Positions 39,350 through 47,952 of a stretch of DNA of 59,052 nt are shown here, piece by piece. Source of the DNA: Candidatus Enterousia avicola (GTDB lineage Bacteria > Pseudomonadota > Alphaproteobacteria > Rs-D84); contig DVNO01000002.1 in assembly GCA_018714345.1 (NCBI GenBank), forward strand, positions 1 through 59,052. The letters are read 5' to 3'. The notes below the pieces were generated by a model that saw only the letters and a list, made by a program, of their open reading frames with translations, was not told the DNA's origin and ran no database searches. How positions within the stretch are numbered: position 1 is the stretch's first letter; every line of letters starts with the position of its first letter. Both the position numbers and the translations under genes were made by a program.

Positions 39350-42300
39350 ATGAAAGGAATCAAACTGCTTTTTGCTGGTTATCTAGCATTGTCAGCATTT
39401 GGTGCAGTGAACTGTGCATTTGCGGACGATTCGGTGGATGCAGCACGTGCGGCAACAAGCCGGCGTGGTGTGTCGACTACTGTTGTTCGCCAACAAACTA
39501 ATAGCACTTCAAATGATTCTCAAAGTCCAGCCAATCAATCGACTGTGTCAAGGACGACAAATCTTTCCTCTTCCGCTAATTCGACATCTGTTGGTGTAAG
39601 GGACAGGACAAACACAACAACAAGAAGCAATGTCGTTGTTCGCGATAGTGGAACGCGCACTACGTCTGACATTTCTACGCAAGGAGTGTCCGCAAGAACA
39701 ACGGCTACCGTTATGCCAAGGAGCACAGTAAGCACTACAAACTCTGTAACCGTTCCATCAAGAACAGCAGTCAGTCGCAATGCTGCAACAACTGTATCTA
39801 GAACAGGAGTAACAGCTTCCCGCAACACAACAACACAACAAACGACAGCAGGCAGAACTGCCGCGAACGAAATTTCCAGAACAGCAACGTTAAACCGTGC
39901 GGCTACATCTGGCGCATCCAATACTTCAACTGCGCGAACAGCCAGCGCAGGTACTACCGCCTCATCACGAATATCAAGGGCAGGAACGGTCAGTGCGGAA
40001 GAAATTATAAATAAAGACATAACGCAATGTCGCGAAGTGTACTATAGCTGCATGGACGAATTTTGTGCTAATAAAGATAGTCAACTAAAACGTTGTGCGT
40101 GCTCTTCTAGGGTTAATGAATTTGACTCTGTAAAAGAACAACTGTCACAAGTAGAAGACAAACTTTTAGACTTTAATCAACGCTTATTGACTGTGAACAT
40201 GGATAAAGAGGATGCCGAGGCTATATTTACCCCCACAGAAGGCGAACTAGCTTTTCAACAAGAAGACACCTCTGACTCCAAGAAATTATTAGACGAGATT
40301 TCAGAAAAATTAAATTCAACATTTGACACAAGTACGTTTGATGCAAATCTTGCACCGATAACCCTGTCATTGAACGCTGATGCGGCTTTTGATAGCGTAG
40401 ACTCTCTTGCTGGTGCATCTACGACAACGAAGACAGGTACGGCTTTGTATAGCGCGGCTCTGCCAGTATGTCGAGAAATGGCATTAGAGGTATGTAGTCA
40501 AGAAGAGCTAGACATAATAGAAAGCGGCTACCAAATGGCAATCGAACAAGATTGTAATACGGTTGCAAAGGCATATCAAACGCAACAAGATTTAGCCAGA
40601 GAGAAAATCCGGGAAGGCAGCGCGTTATTAGATATATCGCGCTTGGATACTTACCAGCAACGTAACTCAGATGACATACTAACATGTAAGAAAAAGATGT
40701 TAGATATGTTAACTAATACATCTGTTTGCGGTACAGATTTACAAAAGTGCTTAGACATAAGTGGACAATATATAGATCCATCAACAGGTGAAGCAATTCT
40801 TACAAAAAATCTAGTAAATCTAAGCACATTAATTACACGTCCAACTGGGAATCAGACGTGGACGACAGTTCCAAACAACGAAAAATTCGTAAAATATCTA
40901 GATTCTAAAAAGATGTTTCTAGAATCTGCTACTGAAAATTGCCAAGATATTTCGGACTATGTGTGGGATTTATTTATAGAAGATGCGCTGGCACAAATAA
41001 AATTAGCTCAAGAAAGTAAATTAGAAGAAGTACGTCAAGGTTGCACGACATTAACAACACAGTGCCTAACAGACGCTGCGAAATCACTAGAAGACTTTGA
41101 TGCACGCGCATTATCAATATTTGGCGTAACAGCAGACAAAACAGTAAAACAGATGTGTTCAGAGGTACAGACGGCATGTACTGCCCTACTAGACACAACT
41201 AGTGGCGGCGAAGATTGGAATTCTGGTATGACTGAAATTGCTACTGACAAAACGTATGAAACAATTTTGCAAACATGTCGTGAAATTGGTAAATCTTGCA
41301 TAATACAATCATGCAAATCGATTTCTGGTAATTTTGGTCTGTGCGAAAATATTCAGACTTCAGTTAATAGAAAGGCAATTATTAACCGTACTGCATGTTG
41401 GGATGAAGTTCTAGCATGTGTTAAAAGTGCCGAAATAGAATCTATAAACAAGATAACGGAACTACAGAAACAATACATAGATGCACAAAATGGTTCCTTC
41501 TATACAGAACTTTATGGTAAATATGATATTGCAGACATCACGAATGATGAGTTAAGTTCAAGCTTTGACGGCGAGTCTTGCATTGCTGGTCAAAATGGTA
41601 ATTGTATATATGATATATGTGCTTCAGAATGTGGTTTTGATGCGGAAAAGCAAACTTATACTAATGCAACTTCTAACGACTGCCAGGCTTGTCGCTTAGC
41701 CGAAAAAGTATGGGGAAATTGTGAGGCATACCCTGCGACCAATTTACAAGCAACAGATTCACATAATATGATAAAAATGCCAAAAGACTCGTCTCAAGAG
41801 ACATTACTTTCTTGGTTTGCCAAAAATACAAATACTTCGGAAACCAGAGATAGCTGCCGTGATACATCATGTGGTCCAGGAATGGTGGCACAATGGGATT
41901 CAAACACACAAACAACCGTCTGTGTATCGAATGCTTCATTTTCTGATGATGGTTTGATGTGTCCTTCAAAAGATTATTGGCGTGTATATATAGATATAGA
42001 TAACAGTGGGTACAACAACTGTTGTATGACCACAGAAGGGAAAGCTGGTGGACGTGATTCCTTTGGAAATTGCTGCTTATTAAACAACCTTAGAACCACA
42101 ATACCTGGATTAGACTGGGAAACGAACAGCGGGTACTACAATCATGACGGAATATCAAGTACACCACTACCAACAAGTGATTCACCTATGTCCGGAACCG
42201 TACAAGACGATAAAAACGGTGGGCTTTGTCTTCCAGATAATGCAAAATTTGTAATGGCTTTTCCGTTAACAGGTACCACAGATTCCTATTACGGGACGGA

Positions 42301-42601
42301 GGATATGGGCTTCTTATTCTGCACTGGCAATGTAGAAGGTGAAGAAAAGACTGAAAAATTCCCATCGGGGCAAACAGTAACTTGTAATGGGGATTATATA
42401 ATAGTTATGAAAAAAGCTGGCAAATACATTTCACCAAACTATTATGATTCTACACCATCATCAATACTAGACAGTTTCTATAGGGGTAACGAAGGAAAAA
42501 GTGAATGTGTCCAAGAGTATGACGCTGACACAAACAGTTGGACATGGGAACCGCAAAACTCATGTGAAGTCCAATCCCCAAAAAATTGGATATTAAAATA
42601 A
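39350..42601 (+). CDS. Large secreted protein: signal peptide, ~200-aa Ser/Thr/Arg-rich region, then a Cys-rich ~850-aa region; hypothetical
   Basis: The 1083-aa product starts with the signal peptide MKGIKLLFAGYLALSAFGAVNCAFA. A low-complexity segment has quasi-repeats (V/I)SRT and RTT. There are more than 50 Cys downstream. The SCGPGMV motif is shared with the 186-aa protein at 13027..13587. Confidence 0.75.
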   Translation: MKGIKLLFAGYLALSAFGAVNCAFADDSVDAARAATSRRGVSTTVVRQQTNSTSNDSQSPANQSTVSRTTNLSSSANSTSVGVRDRTNTTTRSNVVVRDSGTRTTSDISTQGVSARTTATVMPRSTVSTTNSVTVPSRTAVSRNAATTVSRTGVTASRNTTTQQTTAGRTAANEISRTATLNRAATSGASNTSTARTASAGTTASSRISRAGTVSAEEIINKDITQCREVYYSCMDEFCANKDSQLKRCACSSRVNEFDSVKEQLSQVEDKLLDFNQRLLTVNMDKEDAEAIFTPTEGELAFQQEDTSDSKKLLDEISEKLNSTFDTSTFDANLAPITLSLNADAAFDSVDSLAGASTTTKTGTALYSAALPVCREMALEVCSQEELDIIESGYQMAIEQDCNTVAKAYQTQQDLAREKIREGSALLDISRLDTYQQRNSDDILTCKKKMLDMLTNTSVCGTDLQKCLDISGQYIDPSTGEAILTKNLVNLSTLITRPTGNQTWTTVPNNEKFVKYLDSKKMFLESATENCQDISDYVWDLFIEDALAQIKLAQESKLEEVRQGCTTLTTQCLTDAAKSLEDFDARALSIFGVTADKTVKQMCSEVQTACTALLDTTSGGEDWNSGMTEIATDKTYETILQTCREIGKSCIIQSCKSISGNFGLCENIQTSVNRKAIINRTACWDEVLACVKSAEIESINKITELQKQYIDAQNGSFYTELYGKYDIADITNDELSSSFDGESCIAGQNGNCIYDICASECGFDAEKQTYTNATSNDCQACRLAEKVWGNCEAYPATNLQATDSHNMIKMPKDSSQETLLSWFAKNTNTSETRDSCRDTSCGPGMVAQWDSNTQTTVCVSNASFSDDGLMCPSKDYWRVYIDIDNSGYNNCCMTTEGKAGGRDSFGNCCLLNNLRTTIPGLDWETNSGYYNHDGISSTPLPTSDSPMSGTVQDDKNGGLCLPDNAKFVMAFPLTGTTDSYYGTEDMGFLFCTGNVEGEEKTEKFPSGQTVTCNGDYIIVMKKAGKYISPNYYDSTPSSILDSFYRGNEGKSECVQEYDADTNSWTWEPQNSCEVQSPKNWILK

Positions 42602-42615
42602 AGAAATAAATGAAA

Positions 42616-43137
42616 TTAATATAGCTTAATTTCAGAAAAAACATCTTTAATTACATTAAGCTCTTCCACAGAAAATTTTCCAAGAACCCAATCTGCTGGG
42701 TCTATTGGAAAATTAAAGTCACGCGGATGCCCTATTCCTATACGAATTCTTTTATAATTTGGACCAACCGCCGCATCAATAGACTTTATGCCATTATGTC
42801 CTGCACTACTTCCGCCAACCTTTTCACGAAACTTGCCAAGTTTTAAGTCCATATCGTCATGAATTACAATTAAATTCTCTAACGGTATTTTATAAAAAGC
42901 CATTAAACTTCTAACCGCGACACCACTATTATTCATAAAAGTCTGTGGCAACGCGTAAATTACCTTATGACCGTCAACTATACCTGTACAAGTTAAAGCC
43001 TCGTGTTCCTTACGCCAAACAGTATCTGCTGGAACAAAATGCCGCACAGCCAAGAAGCCAACATTATGACGTGTAAATTCATACTTGGCCCCAGGATTAC
43101 CTAGTCCGACGATTAAAATTGGTTTATTTTCTTGCAT
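42616..43137 (-). CDS. pth: Peptidyl-tRNA hydrolase
   Basis: The product contains ILIVGLGNPGAKYEFTRHNVGF and GHNGIKSI, canonical Pth sequence. The ATG at 43137 is preferred over the GTG at 43143. Confidence 0.93.
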   Translation of the reverse strand: MQENKPILIVGLGNPGAKYEFTRHNVGFLAVRHFVPADTVWRKEHEALTCTGIVDGHKVIYALPQTFMNNSGVAVRSLMAFYKIPLENLIVIHDDMDLKLGKFREKVGGSSAGHNGIKSIDAAVGPNYKRIRIGIGHPRDFNFPIDPADWVLGKFSVEELNVIKDVFSEIKLY

Positions 43138-43184
43138 ATACACTTCTCTTTTTTTTATTATAATATCATATAAAGGAGAAAAAT

Positions 43185-43721
43185 ATGAAATTAAAATATG
43201 CAGGAATTTTAACAGCGGTATCTATTTTATTATATGGTGCTAATGCAAATGCGGGGATGTTGTTCGATTTGTATGCAGGTGCTACAATAGGTGCCGGTGC
43301 CGCTACTGTATTTTCTGACGGCACAGAAGAAACTCACTCAGCACAATCTTATGGCGCAGTTATTGGTTTAGATATCCCTGTTTTCAGATTTGAATTAGAA
43401 TATGACTATATGCAACCAAACAATGCAAACCTGCACTTGGGTATGATAAATGCTTATGCAAAACTGCCTACCCCAATAATAAACCCCTATTTAGGTGGTG
43501 GTGTTGGAAACATATTTGGCGGCAAGGTTGCTGATATTGATGTAGAATCATCTGTCGCATATCAGGCCATGCTTGGTGCAACATTTGACATTCCTGTATT
43601 ACCAATAAAAGTCGATGCAGAAGGAAGGGCTTTATATGCTCCAGATTTCTACAATATTCTGGATGAAAAACCAGACTTACTACAATATGAACTAAGATTA
43701 AAATTACGTTATATATTCTAG
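43185..43721 (+). CDS. Small outer-membrane beta-barrel protein (OMP_b-brl/porin-family-like)
   Basis: The 178-aa product has a signal peptide (AVSILLYGANANA), about 8 amphipathic strands and a C-terminus ...LKLRYIF. An AAGGAG SD sequence lies upstream. Confidence 0.7.
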   Translation: MKLKYAGILTAVSILLYGANANAGMLFDLYAGATIGAGAATVFSDGTEETHSAQSYGAVIGLDIPVFRFELEYDYMQPNNANLHLGMINAYAKLPTPIINPYLGGGVGNIFGGKVADIDVESSVAYQAMLGATFDIPVLPIKVDAEGRALYAPDFYNILDEKPDLLQYELRLKLRYIF

Positions 43722-43731
43722 GGAAAAGACA

Positions 43732-46503
43732 ATGCTTACACTAATTGACGGTAATTCCATATTATTTCGTGCTTATTACGGGGTACACAGCCGTTTGACC
43801 AGATCTGACGGGACACCAACTGGGGCAGTATACGGATTTTTTAATATGGTTTTACCTCTTTTAGCGTCAGCAAAACCAAACGATGCATTTGTTTGTATAT
43901 TTGATGCATCAAGAACATCTTTCAGACAAGACATTTACCCAGCATACAAGGCAAATCGTCAAGAAACGCCGGCCGACTTAATAGCACAATCTTATCTGGT
44001 CCGTGAAGGCGTAGCAGCGATGGGCGTGCCTGTTCTTTGCATACCTGGGGTCGAAGCAGACGATGTCATAGCAACACTAGCTCGCGAAAATTGTACCATC
44101 CATGACGCAACACGCGTTATAACAAGTGATAAAGATTTGATGCAACTTGTGTCAGATTGTGTTTTTTTATACGATGGCATGAAAGAAAAAGAAATACGAG
44201 CCCCACAAGTCTTAGAAAAATTTGGGGTTCGGCCAGACCAAGTAATCGACGTTCAAAGTTTAATGGGGGATTCATCAGATAATGTCCCTGGGGTTCCAGG
44301 AATTGGTCCTAAAAAAGCGGCAGAGTTAATAAATCAATTCGGCACCCTTGATGAACTATACAATCACTTAGACGAAGTAAAAAACGACAGAATTCGCGGT
44401 TTATTAAGGGATAATCGAGATAGTGCATATATTTCAAAAAAACTAGTAACACTAAAAACAGACGTTGATTTGTCTGGTTTGAAAATAGAGAATTTTATAT
44501 TTAATACTCCAAAAGCCTTAGATTTCGTAAAAGGAAAACTGGAAAGCAACTCATTGGTGGCAAAAATTGAAAAGTTATTTCCTATGGAGAAATTTAAATC
44601 TGGTCCCCAACCTGCTCTATTTGAATATGCAGGCTCTAAGTGTGAAATGCCAGAAGCATCTGCCGCAAAAGTCACTGTGGGAAAAAAATTGACCAGCAAA
44701 ACAATACAATCCGTTGATGACTTAGAAGCTTTTTTGGCGACCATCACAGATAAAGTTGCAATTGATACGGAAACAACCGGATTAGATTATTTAAATGCGA
44801 AGATTGTTGGAATTTCTTTGGCAATAGACGATTCGTATGGCGTTTACATACCTATACGCCATCGTATATCTAGCGATGATCTGTTTTCAGAAGAAAAAAT
44901 TGCACCAAACCAACTAGACATTTCTACTGTACGCGAAAGGTTGTGGCCCATACTAACAAACAAAAATATAACAAAAATTGGTCATAATCTAAAATACGAC
45001 TTACATATTATGGCAAACGAGGGGTGGAATATCGATGAAATTTCCCCGATTGACGATACTATGCTTATATCATATGCGTTACACGGAACATTACACGGAC
45101 ATGGATTGGACGAGCTTGCACAAAAATATTTAGCTCATACAAATATATCATTTGCATCACTTTTTCCACCGAAAACAAAAGATGCAAATATGCACTTTGA
45201 TTTATTAGATATAAGCAAGGCAACTCCATACGCTGCAGAAGATGCGACTATTTGCATGGGCTTATACGAACTTATGCGACCACAACTAAACAAAAATGAA
45301 AAGTTACGTCATTTATATGAAACATGTGATTTACCATTGATGCCCGTTTTATTAAAAATGGAACGCGCAGGAGTATTAGTAAACAAATCTGGTCTACAAA
45401 AGCTTTCTGGGGTATTTCATGACCAACTATCTGAATTAGAATCTGAAATTTGGAAATTAGCAGGTCATGAATTTAATATAGCCAGTCCAAAACAACTTGG
45501 CACAATTTTATTTGACGAATTACAATTACCGGCGAATAAAAAGCGCTCAACAGATGCCGAAGCGTTAAATGATTTAATTGATACTCATCCAATTATAGAA
45601 AAGATACTGAATTGGCGTTCAATAGCAAAACTAGCGGGAACATACGCAGACGCATTGCCGCGGCAAATCGCATTTGACGGCCGAATTCATACCACATATT
45701 TACAGACAAGTACCAATACTGGGCGCCTGTCCAGCCGCGACCCCAACCTACAAAATATTCCGATTAAAACAGAACTTGGGGAAGAAATACGAAAATGTTT
45801 TGTTGCCCCAGATGGGAAGTTACTAATATCAGTTGACTATTCGCAAATACAGCTTCGTCTGTTGGCAGACGTAGCAAATGTCCATACCTTTAAAGAGACT
45901 TTTAATTCAGGCAAAGACATTCACGAGCAAACTGCCCGACAAATTTTTGGAATTGCGGCGGATGCACTTGTACCAAAAGATTTACGTCGTGCAGCGAAAA
46001 CAGTAAACTTTTCAATAATATACGGCATATCTTCATTTGGTTTGTCTGGTCAGCTTGGCATATCACGCGCAGCGGCCCAAGAAATAATAAATGCATATAT
46101 GGCGGGCCTGCCAGAAGTTAAGGAATATATAGAAAATATAAAAAAGTTTGCACAACAACATGCCTGTGTTTATACCCCATGGGGGCGCAGAATTGAATTA
46201 CCAGAGGTAAAAAATCCCCGCATGCGTGGTTATGCTATGCGCGCAGCGGTAAACGCACCTATTCAAGGCTTTGAAGCAGACTTGATGCGGTGCGCAATGG
46301 TAAATATAGAAAACGAAATTATGAAACCGAATGCAGACAAAATCCGTATGATTATGCAGGTACACGACGAAATCATATTCGAATGTGACGAAAATCTTGC
46401 TGAAGAATTTGCAAAAAAAATAGAATCTGCAATGGAAAATGTTGCAAAACTATCGGTACCATTGGCTGCTGATTATGTGATTGGCAAAGAATGGGGCAAA
46501 TAA
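43732..46503 (+). CDS. polA: DNA polymerase I (5'-3' exonuclease, 3'-5' exonuclease and polymerase domains)
   Basis: The 923-aa product has an N-terminal FEN-like LIDGNSILFRAYYG. The polymerase motifs are DYSQIQLRLLA, RRAAKTVNFSIIYG and QVHDEI. Confidence 0.97.
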   Translation: MLTLIDGNSILFRAYYGVHSRLTRSDGTPTGAVYGFFNMVLPLLASAKPNDAFVCIFDASRTSFRQDIYPAYKANRQETPADLIAQSYLVREGVAAMGVPVLCIPGVEADDVIATLARENCTIHDATRVITSDKDLMQLVSDCVFLYDGMKEKEIRAPQVLEKFGVRPDQVIDVQSLMGDSSDNVPGVPGIGPKKAAELINQFGTLDELYNHLDEVKNDRIRGLLRDNRDSAYISKKLVTLKTDVDLSGLKIENFIFNTPKALDFVKGKLESNSLVAKIEKLFPMEKFKSGPQPALFEYAGSKCEMPEASAAKVTVGKKLTSKTIQSVDDLEAFLATITDKVAIDTETTGLDYLNAKIVGISLAIDDSYGVYIPIRHRISSDDLFSEEKIAPNQLDISTVRERLWPILTNKNITKIGHNLKYDLHIMANEGWNIDEISPIDDTMLISYALHGTLHGHGLDELAQKYLAHTNISFASLFPPKTKDANMHFDLLDISKATPYAAEDATICMGLYELMRPQLNKNEKLRHLYETCDLPLMPVLLKMERAGVLVNKSGLQKLSGVFHDQLSELESEIWKLAGHEFNIASPKQLGTILFDELQLPANKKRSTDAEALNDLIDTHPIIEKILNWRSIAKLAGTYADALPRQIAFDGRIHTTYLQTSTNTGRLSSRDPNLQNIPIKTELGEEIRKCFVAPDGKLLISVDYSQIQLRLLADVANVHTFKETFNSGKDIHEQTARQIFGIAADALVPKDLRRAAKTVNFSIIYGISSFGLSGQLGISRAAAQEIINAYMAGLPEVKEYIENIKKFAQQHACVYTPWGRRIELPEVKNPRMRGYAMRAAVNAPIQGFEADLMRCAMVNIENEIMKPNADKIRMIMQVHDEIIFECDENLAEEFAKKIESAMENVAKLSVPLAADYVIGKEWGK

Positions 46504-46530
46504 AAAATCCCCAAAATGGGGATTTTTTAT
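46503..46530. terminator. Bidirectional terminator between polA and the DUF805 gene
   Basis: The sequence is aaaaaatcccca-aaa-tggggatttttt. Confidence 0.6.
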
Positions 46531-47012
46531 TTATTAAATTTATGATAAGGATTGCCATCGACTTTTGTCGGCAGAAGCGCAAAAACTAAAAATACGATAC
46601 TGACAATAAAGCCCAATGGTTCACATATTAAACCCAATAAAAATAACACTATCCACCATGCACTTAGCCCGGCATCATGTAAACGTCTAACCGTCAGTGA
46701 AATCATAGGTATAAACGATGCCAATGCAAATATTACAAAACCAAAAGACAAAATCCCTGTTATAGGAGAAACGACAAACTCTAGTCCAAACGGGGAATTA
46801 GAAAAGCCACTAATAAATATCAACGCAACCCACACGACTGATATTAACCAAATCATCAAACAAGACCACCAATACTCAGAACGTGATGAAGTACCTGCCC
46901 ATTCTGTAAAACCGCGGTGCCAAAAAGCCCCAAAAGCTTCAAACATATTGGTATATATTTTACTTTGTTTTACTTCTGATTTCTTTTGTGATTTTTTTGC
47001 GACTCTTGGCAT
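46527..47012 (-). CDS. DUF805-family inner-membrane protein
   Basis: The signatures are EYWW...(TM helices)...TVRRLHDAGLSAWW. The likely start is MPRVAKK at 47012, with an AAGGAG SD sequence 7 nt upstream. The track start at 47150 would run through the repeat/terminator copy. Confidence 0.8.
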   Translation of the reverse strand: MPRVAKKSQKKSEVKQSKIYTNMFEAFGAFWHRGFTEWAGTSSRSEYWWSCLMIWLISVVWVALIFISGFSNSPFGLEFVVSPITGILSFGFVIFALASFIPMISLTVRRLHDAGLSAWWIVLFLLGLICEPLGFIVSIVFLVFALLPTKVDGNPYHKFNK

Positions 47013-47066
47013 AAAAAACTCCTTTTTACCCTGTGTATTATAGCACAAAAATATATAAAAACCAAC

Positions 47067-47131
47067 TCTCGTCCGACAGGTAAAAAAATACCCCAATTCG
47101 GGGTATTTTATTTCTGGTGGCCCTGGTCGGA
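47067..47131 (-). repeat. Direct-repeat copy A (65 nt): duplicate of the tRNA-Leu(CAA) 3' end (17 nt) plus its terminator hairpin plus 14 nt of flank
   Basis: It is identical to 47212-47275 except for one extra A in the hairpin loop (ccccaattcgggg versus ccccattcgggg). Confidence 0.85.
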
Positions 47132-47211
47132 TTGCTCGCAAGCTCGCCAACTCGTAAGATTCAAACAGCGCTAACGCTTGTTTTCATCAACTATCGTTTC
47201 GAACCGACGGT

Positions 47212-47275
47212 TCTCGTCCGACAGGTAAAAAAATACCCCATTCGGGGTATTTTATTTCTGGTGGCCCTGGTCGGA
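47212..47275 (-). repeat. Direct-repeat copy B (64 nt), overlapping the genuine tRNA-Leu(CAA) 3' end and its terminator (stem ATACCCC/GGGGTAT at 47233-47250)
   Basis: See copy A. On the minus strand the hairpin is followed by TTTTTTT, giving a rho-independent terminator for the tRNA. Confidence 0.85.
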
Positions 47276-47343
47276 CTCGAACCGACACTCCTTGCAGAAC
47301 TTGATTTTGAGTCAAGCGCGTCTACCAATTCCGCCACGGGGCC
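47259..47343 (-). tRNA. tRNA-Leu, anticodon CAA, class II, CCA encoded
   Basis: The minus strand reads GGCCCCGTGGCGGAATTGGTAGACGCGCTTGACTCAAAATCAAGTTCTGCAAGGAGTGTCGGTTCGAGTCCGACCAGGGCCACCA. The anticodon loop is CTCAAAA. There is one C-A mismatch in the acceptor stem (6:67). Confidence 0.9.
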
Positions 47344-47361
47344 AGAACGCATAACAACAAA

Positions 47362-47736
47362 TTATTTTGCTGCTGCCTTACGTGCCTCTACCTTTTTAAC
47401 CAAACGGGCACTACGATTTGCTTTGTGCGCCGGCTTCTTAGCAGGCTTTTCAGCAGTACCAATTTTCTTGTTGATCGCTTTCTTAATTGCCGCCATTTCT
47501 GGTGTCAAGCGAGATGGTGCCTTTGACATAACATATGCATCTAAACCACCATGCTTTGTCAATGTGCGCAAACCTGCTGCAGAAACGCGCAATGAAAAAT
47601 CACGATTTAAAATATCGCTGTGAAACTTTAATTTTTGCAAATTTGGCAAGAATGTACGCTTCGTATGACGCATAGAGTGGGAAACATTCATCCCAACTTC
47701 TGTTTTCTTACCTGTAACTTTACATACACGTGGCAT
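47362..47736 (-). CDS. rpmB: 50S ribosomal protein L28 with a Lys/Ala-rich C-terminal extension
   Basis: The product starts MPRVCKVTGKKTEVGMNVSHSMRHTKRTFLPNLQ, canonical L28. The start at 47736 is preferred over the track start at 47763. Confidence 0.9.
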   Translation of the reverse strand: MPRVCKVTGKKTEVGMNVSHSMRHTKRTFLPNLQKLKFHSDILNRDFSLRVSAAGLRTLTKHGGLDAYVMSKAPSRLTPEMAAIKKAINKKIGTAEKPAKKPAHKANRSARLVKKVEARKAAAK

Positions 47737-47894
47737 AATATAATCCTTTAATAACTGGGGCATAATTTATAATAAAAATCTAGAAAAGTCAAGCGATGTT
47801 TTATTATTTTTTACGCCGCCATAGCCCATATATTCTACCACAAAAAAACTTAATTTCCAGCATTTATAAAAAATCAATGTTTTGATTCCTGTAC

Positions 47895-47924
47895 CTTGAA
47901 AACACGGTTTATGCTACTATATAT
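47895..47924 (+). promoter_or_regulatory. Candidate RpoH (sigma-32)-type heat-shock promoter of clpB
   Basis: The motif is CTTG(47895-47898)-N18-CTATATAT(47917-47924), 28 nt upstream of the clpB ATG. The identical CTTG-N18-CTATATAT arrangement lies upstream of clpP. Confidence 0.5.
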
Positions 47925-47952
47925 AGAGAAAAATAAAGGAGACTTATAAACA

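Noticed and set aside
39535-40020. A 161-aa minus-strand ORF opposite the Ser/Thr/Arg-rich region.
   Set aside because: It is a low-complexity antisense frame (V/A/L-rich) kept open by the biased codons of the sense gene. It has no start context.
47132-47211. The 80-nt spacer between the tRNA-Leu(CAA) 3'-end copies might be a permuted two-piece tmRNA or a second tRNA.
   Set aside because: The T-stem halves are separated by about 70 nt and no acceptor 5' strand or G3:U70 pair can be formed. There is no tag-peptide ORF and no cloverleaf. It is better explained as a decayed duplicate or scar.
47117-47623. A 168-aa + strand ORF spanning the repeat, tRNA-Leu(CAA) and rpmB.
   Set aside because: It overlaps a tRNA gene and is antisense to the well-conserved L28 gene, so it is spurious. 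The same reasoning applies to 47874..48455, which is antisense to clpB.
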